Assembly (NCBI GenBank): GCA_963555995.3
Contig: OY821641.1
Span: 2,752,001-2,816,000, forward strand
DNA: 64,000 nucleotides
Direction of reading: 5' to 3'
DNA from: Vicinamibacteria bacterium
GTDB taxonomy: Bacteria > Acidobacteriota > Vicinamibacteria > Marinacidobacterales > Marinacidobacteraceae
The notes beneath the pieces are model-generated. The model ran no database searches. It saw nothing but the letters and a program-made list of their open reading frames with translations, and was not told the DNA's origin. The translations under genes and the position numbers were made by a program. Shown here one piece after another: positions 29,171-38,748 of this stretch. The stretch's first letter is position 1. Every line of letters begins with the position of its first letter.

Positions 29171-29184
29171 TATATCAAGATATA
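29171..29184. promoter_or_regulatory. Palindromic operator upstream of vapBC (TATATC-AA-GATATA)
   Basis: Perfect AT-rich inverted repeat 27 bp upstream of the antitoxin ATG, overlapping a TATACT -10-like hexamer; typical of TA autoregulation. Confidence 0.65.
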
Positions 29185-29210
29185 CTGCACAACATTCGCA
29201 GGAGGAATCC

Positions 29211-29453
29211 ATGGCAGAAGAAGTCGCCTATCGAGGGGTCGCCAAGGTCTTCTGGAACGGCCGCAGCCAGGCGGTGCGCCTGCCCAAAGCGTGTCGTTTC
29301 GAAGCGTCGGAGGTGGAGGTGCTGAAACGCGGCCGGGACGTCATCCTGCGGCCGCGCGGAAAGGACTGGGACGCTTTCTTCGATGCGCCGGGGCGCGGAT
29401 CCCTTCCCGACCGAGACCAGCCCCCTTGGGATGACCGGGACATCATCCTGTGA
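29211..29453 (+). CDS. vapB: VapB/VagC antitoxin (AbrB/MazE fold)
   Basis: AKVFWNGRSQAVRLPK; GGAGGA RBS; GTGA overlap with the toxin gene. Confidence 0.92.
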   Translation: MAEEVAYRGVAKVFWNGRSQAVRLPKACRFEASEVEVLKRGRDVILRPRGKDWDAFFDAPGRGSLPDRDQPPWDDRDIIL

Positions 29454-29851
29454 GGTTCTTCCTCGATACCGACACCTGCATTTACGTCATCAATCGGAAG
29501 GAAGGGGTCCGCGAGCGGTTCCGGCAACACGCGGCACACACCGGCATTTCGGCGATTACGTACGCTGAACTCCGTTTCGGAGTAGCGCATTCAACACGCG
29601 TCGCCGAAAACGAACGGCTCGTTCAGGAGTTTCGGGACGATCTCAGCGTTCTTCCGTTTGACGCCGCTGCCGCGCGCCACTACGGCGAGATTCGTCAGGA
29701 ACTCAGCCGCCGCGGCGAGTTGATCGGCCCGCTCGACCTGCTGATCGCGGCGCATGCCCGCAGTCAGGACGCGACGCTGGTGACGAACAATGAACGGGAA
29801 TTCGCGCGCGTACCGGGCCTGCGGATCGAAAACTGGCTGCGGCCGGAATGA
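29450..29851 (+). CDS. vapC: VapC PIN-domain toxin
   Basis: LDTDTCIY, ISAITYAEL, IGPLDLLIAAHA, LVTNNEREFARVPGL. Confidence 0.95.
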   Translation: MRFFLDTDTCIYVINRKEGVRERFRQHAAHTGISAITYAELRFGVAHSTRVAENERLVQEFRDDLSVLPFDAAAARHYGEIRQELSRRGELIGPLDLLIAAHARSQDATLVTNNEREFARVPGLRIENWLRPE

Positions 29852-29905
29852 ACCGGTCGCCGAACGGATCGAAAAAGCAAGACTCACGCGGACAAAGGAG
29901 CGCCC

Positions 29906-30406
29906 ATGACCCTCGCCGAAGCATTCGCAGCCGAATTCCGTGAGGAAGCCGACCGTACCCGCCGGTTCCTCGAGCGGTTCGAGGACGACCGCGCGGAGTG
30001 GCGTCCCCACGAGAAGTCCATGACCATGGGCCGGCTTGCGGCCCACGTCGTGGAGTCCCCTGACTGGTGCGCCACCATTCTCGAAACCGACGACTTCGAC
30101 TTCGCCACCGCCAACTACCAGTCGCCGACGTGGAATACCCGCGCCGAACTCCTCGAAAACCACGAACGGATCGGCGGCGAGTTCCTGCAGAGACTGGAGG
30201 GGCGTTCCGACGAATACCTGGGCGGCCGCTGGCGGATGCTGATGAACGGAGAGTTGCTCGAGGAGAGGACCCGCGAGAACGCGATCCGCGCCTACATCCT
30301 CAGCCACCTGATCCACCACCGCGGCCAGCTCAGCGTGTACTACCGGCTGCTCGGGATCCCGGTGCCGGGTCCCTACGGCCCCTCGGCCGACGACCGCGAC
30401 GGGTAA
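29906..30406 (+). CDS. DinB family protein
   Basis: WRPHEKSMTMGRLAAHV, HLIHHRGQLSVYYRLLGIPVPGPYGPSAD. Confidence 0.9.
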   Translation: MTLAEAFAAEFREEADRTRRFLERFEDDRAEWRPHEKSMTMGRLAAHVVESPDWCATILETDDFDFATANYQSPTWNTRAELLENHERIGGEFLQRLEGRSDEYLGGRWRMLMNGELLEERTRENAIRAYILSHLIHHRGQLSVYYRLLGIPVPGPYGPSADDRDG

Positions 30407-30520
30407 CGGAGCGGGACCGCCGGCCGCCCGCCGAGAACGCCTTGCGCCCTATACTCCGGGTCACGCGGCATGTGTCCGCGAAGACCTTGAAGAGGTTGCT
30501 GCTGCTCCCCTGGGGTTTCG

Positions 30521-30802
30521 CTGGGTAGCCAGCTCTCCGACGACGAGAAAGTCGTCGTCTCGGTCTTCCTCGTCTTACTCGCCGGATGCATTGCCGGCTT
30601 TTTCTTCGTCGGCGGGGCCATCCTGGACATGAAGGATGAAATCACCGAAGTGAACGAAGCCCTGATCGAGGTGCGGCGCAACATCGCCGACATGCGGCAG
30701 GACATTGCGGAGATGCAGCATGACATTGCGGAGATGCGACAGGACATCGCGGGCATGCGGGGGGCTCTGCATGGTTTCGGGGCGGAGGTGTCCGAGCGAT
30801 AG
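30521..30802 (+). CDS. Small membrane-anchored heptad-repeat protein; start unclear, possibly frameshifted
   Basis: Hand translation: ...VVVSVFLVLLAGCIAGFFFVGGAILDMKDEITEVNEALIEVRRNIADMRQDIAEMQHDIAEMRQDIAGMRGALHGFGAEVSER*. No ATG/GTG precedes the TM segment in this frame. Confidence 0.55.
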   Translation: MGSQLSDDEKVVVSVFLVLLAGCIAGFFFVGGAILDMKDEITEVNEALIEVRRNIADMRQDIAEMQHDIAEMRQDIAGMRGALHGFGAEVSER

Positions 30803-30965
30803 CACGCGATCGAAGTACGGCTGTCGGCTCGAAACGGTGATCCGGACGCGCCACAGCAGCCAGCCAACACCCGCGAACCGAGCGGCCTGGAGGCGCTCGC
30901 GCCGACGTCCCGGCAGCCTCGCGCGCGCAACGCTACCGGGGCTCCTCTGACGGCGAGCCGGCCCC

Positions 30966-32219
30966 TTGCCCGCTGACCGGACCGCCCTCGTCCTCGGCGC
31001 CGGCGTCATCGGCCTGTCCTGCGCCTACTTCCTGCGCCGCGCGGGTTGGGAGGTCACCGTCCTCGACCGGGGCGAGCCCGGCCACGGCTGTTCCCGGAGC
31101 ACCGCCGGACTGCTCTGTCCCGCCCATTCCCAGCCGCTTCCCGGACCCGGGGTGCTCGGCAAGGCGCTCCGCTGGATGCTCCGGGAGGACAGCCCGTTCC
31201 ACATCCGCTTCCGGCTCGATCCGGCGCTGCCCGGATGGCTCCTCGGGTTCGCCCGGGCCTGCACCCTCGCCCGCTCCCGCGAGAGCTTCCGGGCCATCCG
31301 CTCGGTGTCCTCGCTGAGCCTCCGGCTCTTCGAGGAGGTCCGCGAACGCGGCGACGCCGACTTCTACTTCGAGCGGCGCGGGGGCTACTGGGCCTTCGTG
31401 ACCGAGGCGGGGGTGGCGCACGCCCGCGAGGAGGCCGAGGAACTGCGGCGGAACGGTTTTCCGGTGGACTTCCTCGGGGGTGACGCCGCCCGCGAGCGGG
31501 AACCCGCGCTCTCCGCCGCCGTGCGGGCCGCGATCTTCCTCCACGGCGACGCCCACGGATCGAGCCTCGGTTTCGCGGAGGCACTTGCCGCCACGCTGAA
31601 ACGGCAGGGGGTCCGGGTGGAGACGGGCGTGCGGGCGCTGCGGCTACTCCGGGAGGGGAACCGCATCCGCGGCGCGGAGGTCCAGACCCGCGACGGAGTC
31701 CGGGAGGAGCGCACCGCCGACGAGACGATCGTGGCGCTCGGCGCCCACTCCCCCCTGCTCGCCCGCACTGCGGGGGTCCGGTTGCCCATCCAGCCCGCGA
31801 AGGGATACAGCGCCACGGTCCGGACGTTCACGGGGGTCCCTTCGATCCCCGTCACGGTGGCCGAACGCAAGGTCATCATCACCCCGCTCCAGGACGTCGT
31901 GCGTTTCGCGGGCACGCTCGAACTCGCCGGGTACGACCCGAGCCTCAACGAACGGCGTTACCGCGCGGTCATCGCAGGCGGACAGGCGGGACTCGCGGCC
32001 CGGGTCCCGCTGGACGACGAAGTCCCGTGGACCGGTATGCGCCCGCTCACCCCAACCAGCGTTCCGCTGATCGGCCGGCCTCCCGGGCGGGACGGGCTGC
32101 TCGTCGCGGCCGGCCACGGCATGCTCGGCTTCACCCAGTCCCTCGGCACCGGCCGACTGATCCAGCAACTCGCCGACCGCGAAGAGCCGAGCGTGGACCT
32201 GGCGCCGTTCGCGCCGTAG
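30966..32219 (+). CDS. FAD-dependent D-amino-acid dehydrogenase family protein (DadA-like)
   Basis: VLGAGVIG, PIQPAKGYS, RFAGTLEL, WTGMRPLTP, GHGMLGFT. Confidence 0.88.
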   Translation: MPADRTALVLGAGVIGLSCAYFLRRAGWEVTVLDRGEPGHGCSRSTAGLLCPAHSQPLPGPGVLGKALRWMLREDSPFHIRFRLDPALPGWLLGFARACTLARSRESFRAIRSVSSLSLRLFEEVRERGDADFYFERRGGYWAFVTEAGVAHAREEAEELRRNGFPVDFLGGDAAREREPALSAAVRAAIFLHGDAHGSSLGFAEALAATLKRQGVRVETGVRALRLLREGNRIRGAEVQTRDGVREERTADETIVALGAHSPLLARTAGVRLPIQPAKGYSATVRTFTGVPSIPVTVAERKVIITPLQDVVRFAGTLELAGYDPSLNERRYRAVIAGGQAGLAARVPLDDEVPWTGMRPLTPTSVPLIGRPPGRDGLLVAAGHGMLGFTQSLGTGRLIQQLADREEPSVDLAPFAP

Positions 32220-32300
32220 CGCTCGGAGCGCCGGCCTCCGGCTGCCGCGAAAATGCAGCCGTGCGCGATTGCCCAAGCGCTGTGATGGCGCTGCCGGCTT

Positions 32301-32455
32301 GGAACGCCGGCTTCAGCCGGCACAGCGGCCCGCAGGGCCGCGGGCTGTTCGTCGCCACCCGAGTGCATGGGCGCGCGCAGCCGAGCCATCCCCGCGACCG
32401 GGGTCCGTCCCGCCGCCCGCCTGCGGCGGGCTGTGCCGGCTGAAGCCGGCGTTCC
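32301..32455. repeat. Inverted pair of type B REPs (REPIN-like)
   Basis: REP at 32301-32323 and reverse complement at 32433-32455, each with an inner accessory hairpin. Confidence 0.85.
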
Positions 32456-32611
32456 AAACGGTCCCCGCCACCCTGGGCCTCGGCGTCCCGGCCGCATTCT
32501 GATGTCCGGGGGGTGTACAGGTGGACGGAACAGGACGGTTTCTCCCGAATGGGGGTGCGAGCGCAGCGAAACCCAACTGGCCAACGCACCCGGACGACGC
32601 CGGGTAAGCGT

Positions 32612-33223
32612 CTATTCCGCCTCCGCGAGTGTCATGCGGCCCAGCGCCAGCACCGTGACAGAGCCGTAAACGCCACCGAAAAGGGCACCGAACAGCGGGC
32701 TCTCGCCGTGGAGCCCCGCAAACGAGCCCACGAGCATCGTTACCAGCGCGCCTCCCAGGAAACCGACGGCGCAGCCCCCGGCGAGCCACATCGGACGGGA
32801 GACGTGCCGTCGCAGGACCAGGGTGTGTGCGCGGAGGAAGGCAGCGACCCCAAAGACCAGCACAGCTGCCGCACCCAGCACCTCGGCTCCCAGCAAAGTC
32901 AGGCCGGCCAGAGCGCCAAAACCGGCCGCAGCCCCCGCGGCCCCGCCGGCGGCACCCGCCGCCGGCCAGCGGGCGGCCCAGGCCACCCGGCCACGAAGCA
33001 CGAGCCACTGCGCGAGCGCCACTCCGCCGAGCGTCCCGCCTCCGGCCACCACGCCCACCACCGCCTCGCCGAAGACCGAACCCAGCGCCTCGTGCGCCGC
33101 ACCCCCCACCAGATAGGACAGCGGCCGAGCCACCGTCCCGGCTACCGCCATCCCGGCCGCACTGGCCAGGATCCAGCGAATACGGAACGCGCGGCCAGTC
33201 AACCCGACATCAGGATCGGACAC
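32612..33223 (-). CDS. Hypothetical Gly/Ala-rich integral membrane protein
   Basis: About 6 hydrophobic segments with repeated W...A.G / AQWLVLRG motifs. Start (GTG 33223 or TTG 33202) uncertain. Confidence 0.65.
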   Translation of the reverse strand: MSDPDVGLTGRAFRIRWILASAAGMAVAGTVARPLSYLVGGAAHEALGSVFGEAVVGVVAGGGTLGGVALAQWLVLRGRVAWAARWPAAGAAGGAAGAAAGFGALAGLTLLGAEVLGAAAVLVFGVAAFLRAHTLVLRRHVSRPMWLAGGCAVGFLGGALVTMLVGSFAGLHGESPLFGALFGGVYGSVTVLALGRMTLAEAE

Positions 33224-33237
33224 GGCGAGGAAACCCC

Positions 33238-34674
33238 TCAGCGGACCTTCTCGGAGTAGTTCACCCCTACGTAGATGCGGGTCGCCGTGCCCTCGTCGTT
33301 CACCTGGAAGCGGACGAGCTCCCCGTGGGCGCCGAAGCCGTCGCTTTCGAGGCGGAAGACGTGGGGTTCGTCGGTGGGATTCAGGGTTCCCCGGGAGCGG
33401 TCCGGGTTCTCGGAGAGCGGGGAGAAGACCACCAGTTCGTCCTCGAGGCGGAGGACGCTGGTGTCTCCCCAGCGGTTCCGGTAGGTGCCGATGTAGATGT
33501 CCCAGGCGGCGTCGTACGCCGCCTTTTCTTCTTCTTCCTCCGCCAGGTGCGGGGCAACCCACTCGAACGCCTTTTCGACGAACCGGCCCGGGTTGCCGTC
33601 GCCGGCGTTCGTGAAGACCACCACGCCGACCTTCTCTTCGGGACTCAACTGCGTCTGGGTGCGGTAGCCGGGGTAGGAGCCCCCGTGGCCGACGAGGTCG
33701 CGGTCCTCGGTGTGGCGCACCGAGAAGCCGAGTCCCCAGCCGCCGGTCCACGAGGACTGGACCCAGTGGACCCGCTGCATTTCGCGCAGGGTGTTGGTCG
33801 CGAGCACCTTGTCGCTCTGGCGGTCGCGCACCCGCATCTGCCACTGCAGGAACCGGAGCATGTCGGGCACGCTGGACGAGAACCCGGTCGCGGGATCGAA
33901 GGAATGGGCGTCCACGAAGGGCATGGTCTGCCGGGACCCGTCCGCCATCCGCCGGCCGTATCCGGTGGCGAGGCGGCTCTCGTGGTCCGCCGGAATCGGT
34001 CCGACGCTCGTCGAGTCCATCCCGAGCGGCTCGAGGATGCCCTGGTTCACGAGTTCGGCGAAGGACTTCCCGGAAGCCGCCTCGGCCACCATCCCGGCCA
34101 GCGTGAAGCCCAGGTTCGAGTACTTCCACTTGGTCTCGGTCGCGTAGGTGGTCTCCTGGTCCGAGACCGTGTCGCGCACCGCCTCGGCCTCGGGGAACTC
34201 GAACTCGGTCCAGGCCGGGTGGATGGACTCCCGCGGCAGGCCGGCGGTGTGGGTGAGGAGGTGCCGCACGGTCACCGCCCGGGCCTCCGGATGACGGTTC
34301 TCGATGTCGAACCAGGGGAGGTGCTCGATGATGGGGTCGTCGAGACGAAGCGTCCCGGCGTCCCGCTCGCGCAGCACGCTGATCGCGGTGAAGAGCTTCG
34401 AGTGGGAGGCGATCCGGAAGATCGAGTCCTCCTTCATCGGCGCCTTGGGATCCAGGGAAGAGTGTCCGTAAGCCTTCAGGAAGACGACGTCCTGGTCGTG
34501 GACGATCCCGATCACGAGACCGACCCCCGAGTACTCGACCTGCGTGCGGACCCACTCGTCGAGCATGGTGATGCCGGCCCGGACCTTCGGGTCCGGGTGT
34601 TCGGCCCCGGCAGCGGGCTGGGCGGAGAGGAGGGCGGCGAGGACAGCGCCCGCCAAGGCGATTCGTCGGAGCAT
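33238..34674 (-). CDS. Secreted serine hydrolase (beta-lactamase/class C-like)
   Basis: Signal peptide, FRIASHSK (SxxK), LLTHTAGL, YSN, GHGGSYPGY. Confidence 0.9.
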   Translation of the reverse strand: MLRRIALAGAVLAALLSAQPAAGAEHPDPKVRAGITMLDEWVRTQVEYSGVGLVIGIVHDQDVVFLKAYGHSSLDPKAPMKEDSIFRIASHSKLFTAISVLRERDAGTLRLDDPIIEHLPWFDIENRHPEARAVTVRHLLTHTAGLPRESIHPAWTEFEFPEAEAVRDTVSDQETTYATETKWKYSNLGFTLAGMVAEAASGKSFAELVNQGILEPLGMDSTSVGPIPADHESRLATGYGRRMADGSRQTMPFVDAHSFDPATGFSSSVPDMLRFLQWQMRVRDRQSDKVLATNTLREMQRVHWVQSSWTGGWGLGFSVRHTEDRDLVGHGGSYPGYRTQTQLSPEEKVGVVVFTNAGDGNPGRFVEKAFEWVAPHLAEEEEEKAAYDAAWDIYIGTYRNRWGDTSVLRLEDELVVFSPLSENPDRSRGTLNPTDEPHVFRLESDGFGAHGELVRFQVNDEGTATRIYVGVNYSEKVR

Positions 34675-34688
34675 TCTCGTGAGGCCGG

Positions 34689-35882
34689 TTACCGGCGGAA
34701 GACGACGGCTCCGTCCACCAGAACGACGGCCGTCTTGGCGTAGGTGCCGATGGGATGCGAATCCCAAAGTACAACGTCGCCATCGAGTCCGACGGCGAGA
34801 CTCCCGATCCGGCCCTCCACTCCCAGGATCGCGGCGGAGTCCGCGGTCACCGCGCCGAGCGCGGCTTCCTGCGGGAGTCCATGCGCCCAGGCGACGATCG
34901 CTTCCATGGCGACCGACCGGCCGCGGGAGCCGAAGGTGGAGAGCGCGATCCGGACGCCGGCCTCGTGGAGGACGCCCGCCGTCGCGGGCGAGTGGCCCTT
35001 GAGTTCCATCGGGCCGCCGTCCCCGATCCCGATGACGGAAGGTCCGACCACCACCGGCACTCCCGCCTCGGCGAGCCGGGACGCCACCGCCGCCGCGCCG
35101 GCCGCCTGATCGAGGACCAGCCGCACGTCGAACTCACCGGCCACCCGGAGCGCCGTCTCGATGTCGTCGGGCTTGTTGGCGAGCATCCGGAGCGGGATTT
35201 CACCGGCCAGGAGGCGGCCCAGCACTCCTCCGGCCTCACCCTCGATGGCGTCCTCGCCCGCGCGGACCAGGGTGCTGCGGAAGTCGTAGATCATCCCCTG
35301 CCGGGTGGTGCGTCCGACCGGCGCCTCCCTTCCGGGCGCCGTGTCCCCGACAGCGGTCTCGCCGAAAGAGGCGGCCACCGCGGTCTCCTCGGCCACGATG
35401 GCGGTGTCCGCCGAGCCGGCCAGCTTCACCACGGCTCCGGTGCCGCCGATCAGCAGCCGCGGATCGGGGGCCAGATAGACCGCGGTGACGCCGGACTGGA
35501 GCCAGAGCGGAGCGAGACCCTCGGCGAAGCGGTCCACCGCGCGGAGCTGCGGGGCGACGGCGTCGCCGGCCTCGCCGGCCAGGCTGATCAGCGCGCCCCC
35601 GCCGGCGGGGCTGGTCCCGAGATACGTCTGCGCATCAATGAACCCGGGCGTGACCACCATCCCCTCGGCCGCGATCACGTCGGCGCCGTCGGGAAGCTCG
35701 ACGCCGGCGCCGACGGCGGTGATCTTCCCGTCCTCGATGACTACCGTCGCCCCGGCGAGGACCTCGCCGGTCCCGGTGTGGACCTCGCCGCCCACGATGG
35801 CCACCGCCTGGCCGGCGGCCAGACCCGGGCAGGCGAGCGCCAGGGCGAGGGAGATCAGCCGGCGGCGAAGGCGAACCATCAC
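34689..35882 (-). CDS. Amidohydrolase-fold secreted protein, metal ligands degenerate
   Basis: VTPGFID, GSLAVGLDGDVVLW, VLVDG. The HxH motif is replaced by QTY. Confidence 0.82.
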   Translation of the reverse strand: MMVRLRRRLISLALALACPGLAAGQAVAIVGGEVHTGTGEVLAGATVVIEDGKITAVGAGVELPDGADVIAAEGMVVTPGFIDAQTYLGTSPAGGGALISLAGEAGDAVAPQLRAVDRFAEGLAPLWLQSGVTAVYLAPDPRLLIGGTGAVVKLAGSADTAIVAEETAVAASFGETAVGDTAPGREAPVGRTTRQGMIYDFRSTLVRAGEDAIEGEAGGVLGRLLAGEIPLRMLANKPDDIETALRVAGEFDVRLVLDQAAGAAAVASRLAEAGVPVVVGPSVIGIGDGGPMELKGHSPATAGVLHEAGVRIALSTFGSRGRSVAMEAIVAWAHGLPQEAALGAVTADSAAILGVEGRIGSLAVGLDGDVVLWDSHPIGTYAKTAVVLVDGAVVFRR

Positions 35883-37144
35883 CAGCCCTCCGGGACCACG
35901 TCGCCGAAGACGTTGAATCCGGTCGCGCGGTTGAAGACCTCCACCCCGTCCACGAACACCCGCATCACCAGGCTCTCGTACGCGAGCGGATCCTCGCCGC
36001 CGAGGATCACGATGTCGGCGTCCTTCCCCGGTTCGAGGCTGCCGATCCGGTCGTCCACGTGGAAGATGCGGGCGCCGTTCAGGGTGAGCGCCGCCAGCGC
36101 GTCCGCGTGCGACATGCCCTGCCGCACGAACATCGCCCCGGTGTGGCGCAGCCAGTAGGCGTGGCCGTCCGGCGGGTCCTGGTGGAACGCGACCAGGCCG
36201 CCGAGTTCCACGAGTTTCACCGGACCCAGCAGGTCCTCGCTCTCGCGGCTGTCACCGGGCAGGACGGGGCCGTAACTGACCGGCATCCCGAGTTCATGCA
36301 GTTCCTCGGCGAGTTCGAGGGTCGCGCCGCCGTGGTGGATGTAGGCGTCGAGGTTGAACCGGCGCATCAGTTCCATCGCGTGGCGCATCTGCTGCTCGGT
36401 GCTGGAGTGGACGCCGAGCACCCACTCGCGGGTGAGCAGCTTGCCGAGAGCCTCGTAGGTCAGGTTCCGCGGGGGTCTCGGGTTCGCGGAATCCGCCTCG
36501 TGGGCGGCGATGGCGTCGAGGTACGCCTGGGCGGCTTCGAGTTCGCCGCTCAGCAGGTCGAAGACTTCCTGCTCGGTCTCGGGGAAGCCGGGATAGGGCG
36601 TCGTGGCCCGGATCGCCATCTTGATGCCGGCGGGAGCGAAGAACATGTCCTCGACGGTGCCGCCCCGCGACTTGACGAGCACCGCCTGGCCGCTGTTGGG
36701 GCTGCGGCTGCCGGTGGTGATGTTCTGGGTGGTGATCCCAGAGGCCAACATCAGCGCAAAAGCGGGGTCTCCCGAGTCGAGCCCATCGATCGCCCGCACG
36801 TGGGCGTTGATCGGTACGGAGAGTTCGTTGTTGTTCGCTCCCGTCGCCGGGATGTTGAGCACCTTGAACCCGGTGTGGGAGTGGCTCTCGACGATGCCCG
36901 GGATGACGCTCATCCCGGTGGCGTCAATCACTTCGGCTCCGGCGGGAACCGGAACGCCGGCGCCCACCGCCTCGATCTTCCCGTCGCGGATCACCACCGT
37001 GCCGCCGGGAATCGGCTCGGAGCTGACCGGATAGACGAGCCCGCCGGTAATGGCGATCAGCCCCGGCTCGGGAGCGCCCGGGCCGCAGGCGGACGCGGCC
37101 AGCACCGTCCCGAGCCCGATGACGAGAGCCGCTCTCCCCTTCAT
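35879..37144 (-). CDS. Amidohydrolase family lipoprotein
   Basis: Lipobox LAASAC, PGIVESHSH, GIKMA, VHS, IHHG, FHQD, GSLEPGKDADIV. Confidence 0.88.
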   Translation of the reverse strand: MKGRAALVIGLGTVLAASACGPGAPEPGLIAITGGLVYPVSSEPIPGGTVVIRDGKIEAVGAGVPVPAGAEVIDATGMSVIPGIVESHSHTGFKVLNIPATGANNNELSVPINAHVRAIDGLDSGDPAFALMLASGITTQNITTGSRSPNSGQAVLVKSRGGTVEDMFFAPAGIKMAIRATTPYPGFPETEQEVFDLLSGELEAAQAYLDAIAAHEADSANPRPPRNLTYEALGKLLTREWVLGVHSSTEQQMRHAMELMRRFNLDAYIHHGGATLELAEELHELGMPVSYGPVLPGDSRESEDLLGPVKLVELGGLVAFHQDPPDGHAYWLRHTGAMFVRQGMSHADALAALTLNGARIFHVDDRIGSLEPGKDADIVILGGEDPLAYESLVMRVFVDGVEVFNRATGFNVFGDVVPEGW

Positions 37145-37236
37145 GGTCGCAGCCCGCGACTGTATCAGGGAGGTCCTTCCGGCCCCTCGGCCACCACCGG
37201 CCCGCGGGGCGGACCGTCGAGGCCAGCGGACCCGGA

Positions 37237-37290
37237 TTGCAAATGCGCTGTTGGATTCGTTGCAATAGTGCTACTGGCTTCGTTGCAAAT
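37237..37290 (+). promoter_or_regulatory. Three TTGCAA motifs at exact 23-bp spacing upstream of the AAA ATPase gene
   Basis: TTGCAA starts at 37237, 37260 and 37283 in an AT-richer patch. Confidence 0.5.
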
Positions 37291-37347
37291 GTGCGGTTGC
37301 GTTGTTAGCGTCTCTCCCGGCGAATCCCTTCGGAGCGCCGCAGCACC

Positions 37348-38613
37348 TTGCCGAAAGTCTGGAACTACCTTCCCCGAATCGTCGACCGCGAACTCGACGA
37401 CCGGCTCGCTTCGGCGGGGGCGGTCCTGCTGGAAGGCGCCCGGGCGTGCGGCAAGACCGAGGCGGGAAGGCGCGCCGCCGCGAGCGAAGTCCTGCTGGAC
37501 GTGGACCCGGCGGCGCGGGAAGCGCTCGCCGTGAACCCGGGGCTGGTCCTGGGCGGAAAGACGCCTCGGCTGCTTGACGAATGGCAGATCGCGCCCGTCC
37601 TCTGGAACCAAGTCCGGCGCGCGGTTGACGAGCGACGGGCGGCGGGCCAGTTCATCCTGACCGGGTCCGCCGTTCCGCCGGACGACGCGACCCGCCACAC
37701 CGGCGCGGGCCGGGTGAGCCGGCTGCGGATGCGCCCGATGTCCCTCGCGGAGCTGGGCCACTCCAGCGGCAAGGTCTCCCTGAGCGCTCTTCTCGACAAC
37801 GAGGCGCCTGCCGGAGAGGCCGCGCCGCTCCCCGTCGAGGAACTGGCCGAGACCCTGTGTGTGGGCGGCTGGCCCGGTCATCTCCGTTCCTCGGCGCGCG
37901 CCGCTTTGGTGGCGAACCGCGACTACCTGGAGGATGTCTGCCGGGTGGACCTCGCCAGGGTGGACGGCGTTCGTCGCGACCCCGAGCGGGTGCGCCGGGT
38001 TCTACAATCGCTGGCTCGCAACGTGGCCACCTCGGCGTCACTGGCGACGATCGTTCGCGACGTGAACGGCCCGGACGACTACCTCACGGGGCCTACGGCG
38101 GGCGGATACCTCGCGGCGCTCGAACGCCTGATGGTCGTGGAGGACCAGCCGCCGTGGGCGCCGCGGCTTCGTTCCCGTTCGCGGCTGCGGACCGCCCCCA
38201 AACGGCACTTTGTGGATCCGTCGCTCGCGGTCGCGGCGCTCGGCGCCGAGCCCAGGCGGCTGCTTGCGGATCTCGAGTGGTTCGGATTCCTGTTCGAGTC
38301 CCTGGCGGTCCGTGACCTGCGGGTGTACGCCCAGCCGGTGGGAGCGCGGGTGTACCACTACCGGGACAACACGAACCTCGAGGTGGACGCGATCGTGGAC
38401 GCCGGCCCGGGGCGCTGGGTTGCGTTCGAAATCAAGCTGGGCATGGGCCATGTCGAGGAGGCGGCCGCCAACCTGCTGCGGTTCGCGCAACGGGTGGACA
38501 CGGAGTCGGTGGGGAAACCCGCGGCGCTCGGGGTCATCGTGGGGAGCAGCCCCTATGGATACCGCCGCTCCGACGGCGTGTCCGTGATCCCCGTGGGCGC
38601 GCTCGGGCCCTGA
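37348..38613 (+). CDS. AAA+ ATPase with C-terminal DUF4143 (PD-(D/E)XK-like) domain
   Basis: EGARACGKT, LLDEWQ, FILTGS, GGWP, FVDPSL, GFLFES, EVDAIV...FEIKLG. Confidence 0.9.
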   Translation: MPKVWNYLPRIVDRELDDRLASAGAVLLEGARACGKTEAGRRAAASEVLLDVDPAAREALAVNPGLVLGGKTPRLLDEWQIAPVLWNQVRRAVDERRAAGQFILTGSAVPPDDATRHTGAGRVSRLRMRPMSLAELGHSSGKVSLSALLDNEAPAGEAAPLPVEELAETLCVGGWPGHLRSSARAALVANRDYLEDVCRVDLARVDGVRRDPERVRRVLQSLARNVATSASLATIVRDVNGPDDYLTGPTAGGYLAALERLMVVEDQPPWAPRLRSRSRLRTAPKRHFVDPSLAVAALGAEPRRLLADLEWFGFLFESLAVRDLRVYAQPVGARVYHYRDNTNLEVDAIVDAGPGRWVAFEIKLGMGHVEEAAANLLRFAQRVDTESVGKPAALGVIVGSSPYGYRRSDGVSVIPVGALGP

Positions 38614-38748
38614 CGATCCGGGCCAACGGGCAGACCCTCGGGGCAACGTAGCGGGTGTCGTGATCGGAGGCGGCAGGTACCCCGGGGGTGAAGCTGCCGG
38701 TGACGCCGCATCCGCCGTTCGGCGCCCTGTAGGTAGAGTGGAGGCGGC

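Noticed and set aside
32612-34783. 723-aa ORF
   Set aside because: Only the last ~200 aa look like a membrane protein; the rest is an alternative frame of the serine hydrolase gene.
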